Part shown: one piece after another, positions 37,804 through 50,273 of the stretch
How the letters are laid out: each line of letters starts with the position of its first letter
Position numbering within the stretch: the stretch's first letter is position 1
Assembly: GCA_016748015.1 (NCBI GenBank)
Contig: JAAOMT010000009.1
Span: 1,737,924 to 1,801,923 of the forward strand
Direction: 5' to 3'
From: Geosiphon pyriformis uo1
Taxonomy: Eukaryota > Fungi > Glomeromycota
Length of the DNA: 64,000 nt
Notes under the pieces: generated by a model
Seen by the model: the letters and a program-made list of their open reading frames with translations, nothing else
The model's database searches: none
Told to the model about the DNA's origin: nothing
Made by a program: the position numbers and the translations under genes

Positions 37804-39590
37804 TGAGGGAGACAGACTTTAGACACCAAACTACTATTGTCTATTTTGGCCATTAGGTCTATAACAGTAACTGAGAGATTCTTCAATGTTACTTCTATTT
37901 TCAAAATTGCAGATTGGTCAACAACCACCACTTCTGCTACAGTCTTACCACTTGTAATCACACCTGAACTCTCATTCATCACTATATCTGTTTCTTGATT
38001 TTGTGATAAAGAAGTTATCAATAACTAACATTCAGAGCTAAGCTGGAAAACCATTGGCCCAGATGTGTTCAATTTTTTAGCCAGCTTATTAACATGCTCT
38101 GCAAGACTGGCGAAACTGCACTTAAGAGCAGCTAATCTATTATTCAATTTCATAGACACTAATGGAATAGGATTCATTTTCAAAGAGGAGCCAAGACTAA
38201 ACAAACTATTACCAGCAAAAAGAGAAGAGAAAGAGAACTCACCAACAACTTTAGCCCAAAAAACACCACCAAAAGAGACAGAATAAGCTATTGGTGCTGA
38301 ATGTTTGACATAGATGGTAGCCAGCCTGCTTTTATTGTCTACAGATAGCACTTTATAAAAAGAAGCACCAAGAAAATTTTTCTCACCAAAAGTACAGCCC
38401 AATAATGTATGCCCTGTTTTCCTATACTTAACACATTTGGAAGAATCCAACTAAGACCAGTACAAATTGGCATCTTTTAGAACTGGGGTGGTTCTTATAA
38501 TAATATTAAGTAAGTCAGCCAAGTCAAAACACACCACAGCATATCTGAATTGGATATATGTAACCAGATAATGATTAATAACACAAATTTTGTTACCAAC
38601 TGAGCCAATAAAGTTCCAAATATTATGTGCATTTGTTTCTATTGGTAATGTGTACAACAAAGCCTTATAACTATTCCTGGCATCTTATAACATCTTGTCC
38701 AAATCAGTTCTAACAACACAAACTGTATCTTTCCCAATTAAGATAGACCACTTTGCCATGACCAAATTAGCATAATTCACTTGCTTAAATTCTACCACAG
38801 TTTTTTGTTACAGCTCTATCAATTGTATTTTGATCGACTTAATTATCTTAAACTCAGATAATGCAGTGTACACAGTTTCAGCTGATGTTTCAACTGGAAT
38901 TTTTTTTATCACTATAGCCCAATCTGAATACATCCCAGATTTTTTAAGATTGGTATTTACCAAAATATTTGCTGCTCTTGCTTTTTCCATAGCCTGTGCC
39001 AAATTGAATTCAGAAGTAAAGGAAGCACAAATAATCTCAGAAAATTTTGAGAAGGTAAAGATCCTCCCAAAATCATTGACTTTTAAAAATAAATAACTAA
39101 CCAACACCAGCTTTTCTTGAGATGATTTTCCAACTATTTTATCCAAGCCAATATCTAAAGCAAATAATTTCCTAACCAGAACATTAACCAAAATTTTCAA
39201 AGAAAAGAAGAGTTTTAGTGGAACATTTGAGAAAACTTTATCATTATTATCACTAACTGAGAAATTAATTTTCCCCAATAACTTGCCAAATGCCTTCTTG
39301 GTTTTAATTTATGAACTTTTAGGTATTTGATTAGAATTCCTTTTACTAATAGCACTGCTTTCACCATAATTAAAACTGGTCTCCTCTACCAGACACTTCT
39401 CTTTCATGTTTATACTATTAGACTTGATAGTGTTACCAGTCTCTGAACTTTATGAATAACTATTCTACATCTTAACTGAACCTTTTTTACCACTAATACT
39501 GTCTTTTATAACACTGTCCTTTCTTTTCTTTCTTGACACAACAAATTTAAAACCACTATCAGAGCCAGAATCTTTAAAAGTCTTTTTTAT
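37800..39590 (-). pseudogene. LINE-c ORF1
   Basis: KLFALDI, WAIVIKKIP, LYTLPI, knuckle remnant CVKYRKTGHTLLGC, ends PQ* like LINE-a/b (SQ*). Confidence 0.83.
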
Positions 39591-39766
39591 AATAGCAATA
39601 CTAAGACCAACAGTGGTCTTGTAATTAAGCAAAAATGGTTTTGATTTATTATACTGAATGGTAAAAAACTCTTTTCAAAAAACTTTTTTAACTCTTTTTT
39701 TGGGAATTTGGAATAAAAGAGAGAAATAAGTTTTAAATTAATTTTTATAACAAAATGATTATACAT

Positions 39767-40777
39767 TGTTACCAGTAGAATTTTAGCTATTAATTAGCAT
39801 GAAATTACCCTTATAATTCCTATAATTAATTAGTATATTAATATCATTTCAAATTATCATTTATTATTTCATCAATTATCACATATCACGATTCAATTAA
39901 ATAATCCAATTAATATAACAAAAAGTAAGATGATCAAATTACACAATATCTTGAACTTTGTAACATTCAAAAATTTGCCGAAATTTACAGAAATTCGCCG
40001 AAATTTATAAGAAATTCGCCGAAATTTATAGAAATTCGCCGAAATTATGAATAGTTTACCCAAATTAATCAATAGTTCAGCGAAATAACTTGTAGTCTAT
40101 CAAAATGTATCTTTAGTTTGCCGAAATTTGAGCAAAGAGAAAAAGTGCAAGTTCATAGACTAGTACTACAACAAGTTGTATAAAAGAAAAGCTTTTTTCT
40201 TCAAGAAAATATATCTTACTTTAGATTTATCACTTAGAACCATTTCTATACACAAAAAGAAATAAATATCAAATAATTCAAAAAACCAAATTCTTTAATT
40301 ATTGCACTTGGAAAATCCTCAAAACCCAACTAACATTTTGAAATTGATTAGCTACCAATTTCAGTAAACTGTTAGTGACTCCAGGCCTGGATAGAAAACA
40401 TTTCCCTTGATAAAATCCTATTTCTTTTACATTTCTTTTATTTTTTTCTTTTCTTTTCTTATTACAATCATTAAGGTAGTCTACAGACAAGATTTCTGTA
40501 GAAGAGTTGACTTTTACAGCAAAGTAACTACACATTTTTAGTGAGCTTCCAAATGAGCAATTCCTGGAAAAGAGTTGATGTTTACTACAACATAACTACA
40601 TAAAGTAACTGGCAAGGAATTGGTTATTCCACTTATAAGCCTAGCAGTTCAAATTATAGGAGATAATTTGAAGATAAATTCAGTTATTGGAGGTTCAACT
40701 ACTTTTAGAAAACGTGAATTTGCAACCAATAGACAGTTACAACATTCAAAAAAAGAGACCAAAAACCTCTGGTAACA
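39767..40777 (+). repeat. Gypsy-B 5' LTR (1011 bp)
   Basis: Repeated at 48639-49200 and 1725-2674; 9-bp terminal inverted repeat. Confidence 0.95.
39971..40047 (+). repeat. Tandem (GAAATTCGCC GAAATTTATA)-type array in LTR-B
   Basis: About four ~20-bp units built from 10-bp subunits. Confidence 0.85.
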
Positions 40778-40779
40778 TT

Positions 40780-40795
40780 TGGTGCTCTCCCACAG
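40780..40795 (+). promoter_or_regulatory. Primer-binding site TGGTGCTCTCCCACAG
   Basis: TGG 2 nt after the LTR end; shares TGGTGCTC with PBS-A. Confidence 0.7.
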
Positions 40796-40822
40796 AAATA
40801 ACACAGCAACAACAAATTCAAA

Positions 40823-43800
40823 GTGGCAACCACACCAGACACAACAACTCTAGAGTATCATCAGTCAATTTACACCCACTGCAAGCAAAGATTCAACATT
40901 TCAGACGGAATTGAAGTTGTCAAGAAATCAGTATACCAATACATTGAAAACCGTATTAACAATTATCTTCTTGGAAATTACAACATTTCAGAAGTGAGAA
41001 ACAACTTCTACAATAATCTAGTACACTATTCATGATTGGAAACTGAAGACCTTAACAGTGAAACACTTGCCACCTACTTTCAAGAACACAATTACAACAT
41101 TATCAAGTATTGTGAAGAAAAATACCCAGTACAGTCTAAATACTTTTTTGACTTTGAATTAAAAACAGAAACAGGCAACAAAAGCAAACAAAAAGTGAAA
41201 CAACACTCAAAAACCACTCCAAACACTTCAATACTACCAAAAACAACTGCCAAACACTTGCAAACACCTGAACAAGAAACCAGTGTCAAATTACCACTTT
41301 CTATTACACTATTTCCAATTTCACTTGCTTGACCACAAACACCAAATTCACTACTTAACCGTTTCTCCAGACCAGAAGATTTTCAGTCACCTAAAAATCT
41401 TACTCAACAACAAGAACCAATATCAACAAGTCCTAATATCATTGATTACTTACAGAAAAACGAAAGTAATTATTCAAAAAGCTTGGAAAGTGAAGAAACT
41501 GAACCAGAACCAGAAGAAGCTACAGAAAATGAAGAAAAAATAGCAACTGCTTATATTGCAAAGATTCCAGAATTCACAGGTGAAGATAATGATACCAGTT
41601 CTCAAGAATGACTTAACAAAGTTCAAAAAGCAGAAGATACAAATAGTTGGAATGCAGCAAGAATGCTCAAAGCAATTCCATACTTTCTCTAAGGAACTGC
41701 AAAAGAATGGTTTAAAAACTTAGAAGAACTATTTGAAAACTGGCAAGCATTCAAAGATGCTTTTCTATAACAATTTACCAACAACAACACTTCTATCACT
41801 CTCAGAAACTGCTTTTGCAATATCAAGCAAGAAACATCTGAAACTGTTATGACCTATCTTGGAAGATTCAACAAACTTCTTAGACAAATTCAACAATTGG
41901 AAACCAATAACTACTATTCTGATGCTCAAATTTTAGATCAGTTTATAGCAAAGTTAAAAAACAAACTGATTAAAAAAGTCCGTCCACATGCTCTAGCAGA
42001 CTTAGCAACTGTCATTAGACATGCAAAGAATTATAAAATGGCTATAGAAGAAGTGAACCACACCAAACTTGTTAACTTGGCTATTGGAGAAACCAGTTTA
42101 GCAGCTGAAGAAAAAATAAACCAACTCACAAAGAAGATTGAAAGCTATTTTACAAACCAGCAACAACAGCAGCAACAACCACAAAAATATCAACCACCAC
42201 AGTGATGCAACCAAAACAACTTTGGACCACCATTCAACAACCAATCTCAAAATTGTCACTATTGTGAAATTTCAGGACACTGGAAACGAGATTGCAAGAA
42301 ACTACAAAGAGACCAACAAAACAGAAGTAATCAACGTTACTCTTTACCACAACAATCTTATTACCAACCCCCACCACCAACTTATTATTCACTAAGACCA
42401 CAAATTCAAAACAGCTATTATCAACCAGCTCCACAACCAATTCAACAACAATATCAGCAACCTTTACCAATTCAGCAATATCAGACACCACCCACTCAAC
42501 AATATCAAGTACCAGCAAGAAGATTGGTTCAATATAACCAATTCACACCCCAAAATCAATTTCAGAATAACAACAACAGAATTAATCCAAATAACCAGTT
42601 GGTTCCCCGAAATTCTGGTCAGCAAAAACCCAATCACTATTACACTCAACCCAGTTATCTTATAATACCAAAGGAATCGGATTTTCAACAACTTGCACTT
42701 TCTGAAGGTAAAGTTGCAGCACCCAGATCAAACTCTTCTAACAACACTATTCTACTAGCTCAAATTGCCCAAAATGCCAATCTTTTAGATATATTCCCAT
42801 TCGAATTTGAAGCAAATGAATCACTATTCTTGCTTAGTAATGCAGCAGCTAATGAACAAAAAGCTATCACTGCTATGTACACTGAAGCTACAGTAGAAGA
42901 AAAACCCATCTGATTAATTTTAGACAGTAAATCAGCTGAAAGTATTATCACCTACCAGTTAATGCAACAGCTTCAAAAAACTGTTGACAGACCAGTCCAA
43001 ACTGTAATTGTTATAGCAGATGGTATGAAAAAGACACCAGTAGGAGAAATTGACAATTTTCCATTCACCATTGATGGAATCACCATTCCAGTCAAAGTTC
43101 TAGTCATGGATGCACCCCAATACCAAGCTCTGATCAGAAATGATTGGCTTCTTAAGGCCAATGCAAACTTGGACTGGGAAACTCAGGAATTAAAAATCTC
43201 ATACCAAAGACAATACACCATAGTACTTGCTACTTGTGATACTTTTAACAAATAATCAGAAAAAGCCCCAGTATTTGAATTTGAAGAGGAAAAAGAAATG
43301 CCACTTACTGAAATCTACATGGCTCTTGAATCAACATCCAATTGGGCTGAAGAAACAGAACAGAAGATTTTTGAAGAATCAAGAAGATGGAAGAAAGTTA
43401 GATATTCTACATCAGAACTACGGAAACAACCACCCTATATTCCACTCAAATGCAAAGATTGCAACAAGAAACTTTCATCAATGAGAGCATGTATTTCTCC
43501 AGAAGAGGAATATGAAACTTGTACCTATTACTTTTGTAAAGCATGCCATAAAGAACGATTTGGATCTCCAAAAAGAAGTGGAAAATGAGACAACACACCT
43601 TGCCTTACATGTGGAGATATGTTACCAGAAGAATACAACTGGATTAATGTTGCAATGAGAGGAGGAGTATATGATCAAACCTGTCAATATGCTCTATCAA
43701 TTTCAAAAAAAGTCAGAAAAGGAACACTATTTGATGCAGTATACAACAGTGCTCTCAATAAACTTTACCACTATGCTCACAATGCTGAAATAATTTTTGA

Positions 43801-46800
43801 CTTAGCAATGGCATTGATCAATGGAGCCACTCAAGAAAATGTCTATCAAATGAAAGAAGCTGAATACATTGAGTATATCATGGAATTAGCTGGATTTGAT
43901 TATAAAAATGAAGCAGAAACATATCACCAAATTGCAAGCCACACATATCCAACCAAAGAAGCTCAAATTTAACAATTAAAGCAAATGAACATTCAATTGT
44001 GTAAAGAATGCATCATGCTTTGTAATGACCAATGGTGTTTAGAATGCTATGTTCTTAGCATTCCTCTGCCAAATAAGAATGATGAAAATGAAATCGAATT
44101 TGGAGTATCTGAATTAGTAGAAGAATTACCAATCACTCCCATTTATCTCCTTGAAAAGCAACCACCTCTACAACTTAAATATTTTGACAACCATGGCCAA
44201 GGAATCAGACCAGAAAAAGCACACGAAATTGATGCTGGATATAATCTAAGATACTCAGAAAAAGATACTTTGGTTCTTCAACCAAAGTCTTTAACAAAAA
44301 TCAATCTCAAAATCACTCTTAAAATTCCGCCTGGAGCAATGGTTCAAATTGCCTCCAAATCATCATTGGCAAGCAAAAGAATCAATATTAGAGGAAGAGT
44401 TATAGATGCAGGATATACTGGAGACATTACCATCATGTTGCAGAATAAAACAGACAAACCATTCAAGATTGAACATGCTGAAAAAATTGCTCAAGCAATT
44501 TATCTACAATTAATCAATATTTCGGGTCTACAATCAGTTAACAACAGAGAACAATTGGGAAAAAGTGAAAGAAAAACTCAAGGTTTTGGTTCAACTGGAC
44601 GATTTACAGTTCCAGTAAACATAGCCCTTAAAATACAAAATGAATCTTACCAGATTCTTCAACTTCCTCAACCAATTACCATTTTACCTTTTGGAGAACA
44701 TCATGAAATTTACACTTGCTCAAAACCCACTACTACCTAACAAATTTTTGAATCCAATGAACAAATCTGTTTGAAACATGAAATCTCAATTCCAAACATT
44801 TATATTTCCAAAGGAATGAAAAAATTTCAAGTTACATTCTACAACCTCAATAATTACCCTATTGTTTTATTAAACAAATTAGAAATTGGAATCATACACA
44901 GTAATATTTTTCAAGATGAAAACTCTCAAATTGTCTTTAATTTCATCGAAATTGTAAGGCATACTTTACTTCCAAATTCAAATATCATTCCCACCACTGA
45001 AAACTACCATCTTTTGGAAAAAAACTCTCTCGTATCAACATAAGTCCCTTAAAATCTCAACAACAAAAACAATTGAAACAATTGATAGCTGAATTTGCAG
45101 ATATATTTGCAAAAGACAACAATAACCTGGGAAAAATGGATATCATTCAACATCAGATTCATACAGGAGATGCTCCACCAAAATGTCAGCAAGCTTACAG
45201 AGTGCCACCTGCTAGTCACTAATTCATGAGAGAAGAAGTCTAGAGAATGCTTAATAATGGATTGATTCAACCATTAAAAAGTCCTTGGGCCTTATCAGTA
45301 GTTCTTGTCAAAAAGAAAAATGGAAAAATCAGATTTTGTGTTGACTATCACCAATTGAACAGTGTGACAATTGGAGATGTCTACCCTCTTCCAAGAATTG
45401 ATGACATGTTAGATGCTTTAGGAAAAGCCAAGTTCTTCTCAACTTTGGACTTGGAAAGTGGATACTGACAAGTTGAAATGGACCCAAAAGACTGACCCAA
45501 AACAGTATTTACTACCCAAAAAAGAAACTATGAGTTCAATGTTATGTGTTTTGGACTCTGCAATACATTAGCAACTTTTAGCGACTCATGAATGTTGTAT
45601 ATGAAGGACTCTTGTGGCAATTAGTAATTGTCTATCTTGATGATACTGATGTATACTCACCAAGCTTTGAAGCCCACCTTATTTACTTGTGAGAAGTTTT
45701 TCAATGATTATGGAAAACAGGATTAAAATTAAACATTGAGAAATGTTACTTTGGAAAAACAAGCCTAATTTTTCTTGGACATATTGTTAGCAAAGATAGA
45801 GTCAAACCAAAGCCAGGAACAATCAGTGCTGTCAAAAACTTTCAAACTTCCAGAAATACCACAGAACTATGAGGATTTGTAAAATTAGCCTCTTACTATC
45901 AAAAATTCATAAAAGAATTCTCAGAAATTGCCAAACCACTCAATTATCTTATCAACATAAACGTGCCATACAAATGGACTGAAGAACAACAAAAAGCTTT
46001 TAAAACTCTCAAAACAAAATTGACAACAGCCCCAGTTTTTGCTTACCCAGACTTTAACAAACGGTTTCAATTAGTCACTGATGCTTTACATATAGCATTT
46101 GGTGCCATCTTATCACAATTAAATGAAAATAGACAAGAACAAGTCATTGCCTATGTTAGTAGAACACTCAAACCAACAGAACTAAAATATAGCTCAACTG
46201 AATTAGAAGCTGCCACAGTCATCTGGGCTCTTAAACATTTTCAACAATATCTGAAGAATGGAAAAGAATTTGATATCATAACTGACAATATTGGTCTCAA
46301 ATGGCTCAATAAAAAGAAAACTGAACAAAGTGCCAAACAGTCTCAATGGAATGACTTCTTAGCAGACTACAAATATATTGTACACCACAAACCAGGAAAA
46401 ATACACACTAATGTTGACAGTCTCTTAAGGATAAGACAATATTAATACCAATATTAACACCAACAAACTTAACAGCAGAATAAACAACAAAATCAACAAC
46501 AATAGATCCAGAAAACTACAACAACATCAAAAACTATTTGGAGACTCTCACCATGCTAGAAAACTGGTCTTCAAGTGAAAAACATTGTTTACAACACCAA
46601 TTAAAACAATATTTCATACACCAGAACAAAATCTATTATAAAAATCACAGAAACCCAAACTAACCATTCAAATTAGTACAAGAGAATGAAAAAAAAACAA
46701 TTTTATACAACATGTACACAGATCCGTCTTCAGCACACTTGGGAAGAGATGGAACAATTCAAAGAACTCTTGAACATTATTTTTGGTCTCACATGCAAAA

Positions 46801-47887
46801 AGACATTTGACAATATGTAGAATTTTGTGATAGTTGTCAAAAAAGAGGAGGAACTCACCCCACAGAACCTTTAAATCCAATCAAAGTTGGGCAACCTTTT
46901 GACAAAGTTGGAATTAATTTAGTCGGACCATTATCTATCACAACCCAAGAAAATTGTTATATTGCAGTTGCAGTGAATTATCTTACCAAATAGCCTAAAG
47001 TTAGAGCTATCCAAAAAGCAGATGCAAAATCAGTAGCAAATTTCATCTATAAAAACATTATCTGTAGACATGGATGCCCAATTAAACTCTTATCTGATCA
47101 AGGAACACATTTTGTGAACAACTTGATACAAGAAATTTGTGAATAATTCAATATTAAAAGACCTTTATCATTGCCTTATCACCCTCAAACAAATGAACTT
47201 GTAGAATGTTTCAACAGAACATTGTGTGAATCTCTAGCCAAAGTCTTAACAGACTTTGAACAGGAATGGGATATCTTTATTCCATCAGTGTTACTAGTAT
47301 ACAGAACACTAAAACAAGATACTATGAAACACACACCATTTGACCTTACTTATGAAAGAACAGCAACATTACCAATTAATTTCACAGTAGAAACATACCC
47401 AGTGCAACCAATCAATGAAGAAAACTTTTAAAAAACACTTCAAAGAAGGGCTTATACTCTTCTCAGTACACTGGAAGGAAAAAGAAGGATAGCAACAACT
47501 TACATTGAATATTCCCAAGCTCAACAAAAAGAAAGACATGACAACAAATTACCATTCATTATCAACGAATTTAAAGTTGGAAATAAAGTTCTCTTACACA
47601 GAACTAAGGCTGAAAAACAATGGAGTGGAAAATTTGAAAACAAATAGGATGGACCATTTTATATTCACGAAATTCTAGGCAATGGATCATATAAGTTAAG
47701 ACTTGATGATAAAATACTAGCAAAAGTTACACATGGAGACAGATTGAAACACTATCATTCCAAAAACAATCCTGAACCATTAATTTCACAAATTGGTACA
47801 CATTCTTCTTTAATTAATCCTGAAGATATTTCCCGAAATTTAGAACCAATAATTATAATAGAACAGCAACCAAACTTGAACACTTAA
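40823..47887 (+). pseudogene. Gypsy-B gag-pol (capsid, CCHC, protease, Cys-rich insert, dUTPase, RT, RNase H, integrase)
   Basis: IAKIPEFTG; CHYCEISGHWKRDC; LILDS(K)S; IDAGYNL, VIDAGYTG, QGFGSTG; RFCVDY, YPLPRID, YLDD; PYHPQTN; GPF. Confidence 0.92.
44170..44600 (+). other. dUTPase domain between protease and RT (Gypsy-B)
   Basis: DAGYNL, SKSSLA, VIDAGYTG, KIAQAIY, RKTQGFGSTG. Confidence 0.9.
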
Positions 47888-48033
47888 ATTTTACAATAAT
47901 TTTTTAATAAAAACACAAAAACAAAAAAATAGTAAATAATTACAAAAAACACCCAAACCCAAAAACAAATAAAAATCCCATATCCAAAAATAATTTTCTT
48001 TATTCTTTCTTTTTATAATTAGTCAATTTTATC

Positions 48034-48618
48034 ATGATTATTCTCTGAAATATTCAACAAATATCTCAAAAGTTAATGTTAGCCTTGAAAACACTTCCTG
48101 ACTTATCCATAACGATTAATAGAAGTCAAATTAATTACATTCAGAAAAAAACCACAGCCCCAGTAGTAAATCATTTACAGAACTATCACTCCTATAGAAA
48201 AAAAACAAGAAGTCACTCTGAAAATAGATTACCAAGACTTTTGAAGCAAGCACTAGAAGAAAATCTTTTAATTGCTCCTATTGATATTCTACCAAATACT
48301 ACAATGTAACAAAAACTTCTACTACTTCTCAATGAACAGAACAATGAACACACCCCTATCTATAAATACTTTCACATTGAAAAGACACTTTATGAACGAA
48401 AACTGGAACTTGAAACAACAAATCTCACTCCTGAAGCTATACAAAAACAAATTCATAATGAATTCAAAACAGCAGCTGGACCAACAAACACTTGCTACAA
48501 ACTTAGAGCAGCTTTTAGACTCTATGATTTGTTTAATACTTGTGAAAATGTTCTACAAAATCCAATACTGCAACCAATGAAAATCCAATACATTGGCAAA
48601 CTCACAGAACTGAAATTT
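48034..48618 (+). pseudogene. Gypsy-B extra ORF3 after integrase (runs into the gap)
   Basis: One frame MIIL*NIQQISQKL...RAAFRLYDLFNTCENVLQN...; homologous to 30308-30997. Confidence 0.75.
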
Positions 48619-48638
48619 NNNNNNNNNNNNNNNNNNNN
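48619..48638. other. Assembly gap (20 N) hiding the ORF3 end, PPT and first ~450 bp of the 3' LTR
   Basis: N run; the flanks map to ~1620 in the old copy and to 40218 in the 5' LTR. Confidence 0.95.
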
Positions 48639-49200
48639 ACTTTAGATTTATCACTTAGAACCATTTCTACACACACAAAAAGAAATAAATATCAAATAAT
48701 TCAAAAAACCAAATTCTTTAATTATTGCACTTGGAAAATTCTCAAAACCCAACTAACGTTTTGAAATTGATTAGCTACCAATTTCAGTAAACTGTTAGTG
48801 ACTCCAGGCCTGGATAGAAAACGTTTCCCTTGATAAAATCCTATTTCTTTTACATTTCTTTTATTTTTTTCTTTTCTTTTCTTATTATAATCATTAAGGT
48901 AGCCTACAGACAAGATTCCTGTAGAAGAGTTAACTTTCACAGCAAAGTAACTACACATTTTTAGTGAGCTTCCAAATGAGCAATTCCTGGGAAAGAGTTG
49001 ATGTTTACTACAATATAACTACATAAAGTAACTGGCAAAGAATTGGCCATTCCACTTATAAGCCCAGCAGTTCAAATTATAGGAGATAATTTGAAGATAA
49101 ATTCAGTTATTGGAGGTTCAACTACTTCTAGAAAATGTGAATTTGCAATCAACAGACAGTTACAACATTCAAGAAAAGAGACCAAAAACTTCCAGTAACA
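48639..49200 (+). repeat. Gypsy-B 3' LTR (visible part)
   Basis: Near-identical to 40218-40777. Confidence 0.95.
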
Positions 49201-50066
49201 ACATAAATTAAAAAGCTCATAAATAAGATATTTTGTAAAAAAACTAAATTTTATTGTAAAATAATTATATAAATAATTGATATAAAATTGGCTATTTATT
49301 ATAAATCTAACAATATACATAATTTAAAGTATAAAAAATACTTTAAAAGATAAATTAGCTTATTAAAAATTTACTAATTTCTATTAGTAATAAAATTAAT
49401 AGCAAAACAACATTAACAATATTAATAAAATAAGACAAAAAATCTTAAGTAATAATATATTAATTCAAAAAATTTAAAAAATATTATTATTAAAAAATTA
49501 ATACAATTAATTAATTTATATAATTTAAGTTTTTAAAAAATTAATTAAGATAAAAAAATATATTAAAAAACATAAAAAAAAGTGTTTTAACAAAAACTAA
49601 TAAAATAAATAGCTATTTAAGTCTTGTAAAAATGCTAATTATTAATAAAAATATCTACAAAAATTAATTACAAAAAATTTGAATAGTATTTAATTTATTT
49701 GTATTGTATTAATTTTAATATTAAATAGATTTTTTTATTGTAATTATATGTAAATATATAAATTAGTTTATAAATTTATGTACAAATTATAATTAAAATA
49801 TTATTATTAAATAGTTAACTTTTAATTATATTAATTTTTTATTTATTAAATGTTTATTTTATCTGATTTTATTGTAATTTGTTTTATATAACAAGTATAT
49901 TAATTGTTTTTACTATATATTATTTTTAATTATATATATAAGTTATAATAAAAATATATTTATATATAAATATGTTAAAATAAAACCAAACAAAATAAAA
50001 TATTTAAAATAAATATTGTTTTTACTAATGTTAACTTGAATATATTTTTTTTAATATTCAAAATAC

Positions 50067-50102
<36 letters not shown>

Positions 50103-50273
50103 TATTGTTAAAATTATTAAAATTAATTACTCAGATCCAGTACACTTGGCAAAGCAGATCGAGAACCATCTATGCTTTTGTTAAAAACAAAGAAAAATCT
50201 CTTTTATACACTTCTTTGTATATCAAACCATTTATAGTTATCAAATAATTTATATAATTTTAAATTGTATCTA

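Larger units (their letters stand above)
33005..39735 (-). mobile_element. Full-length LINE-c on the minus strand, more decayed
   Basis: 5' end matches the LINE-b 5' end; ORF1/ORF2; poly(T) at ~33000; low-complexity TSD AATTAATTTTT (32994-33004; 39736-39746). Confidence 0.9.
39767..49200 (+). mobile_element. Ty3/Gypsy LTR retrotransposon B (dUTPase-containing)
   Basis: LTR with TGTTACCAG...CTGGTAACA termini; 4-bp TSD ACAT (39763-39766; 49201-49204); same domain order as A. Confidence 0.95.

Noticed and set aside
50036-50248. Poly-Leu ORF
   Set aside because: Translation of a (TTA)n microsatellite.
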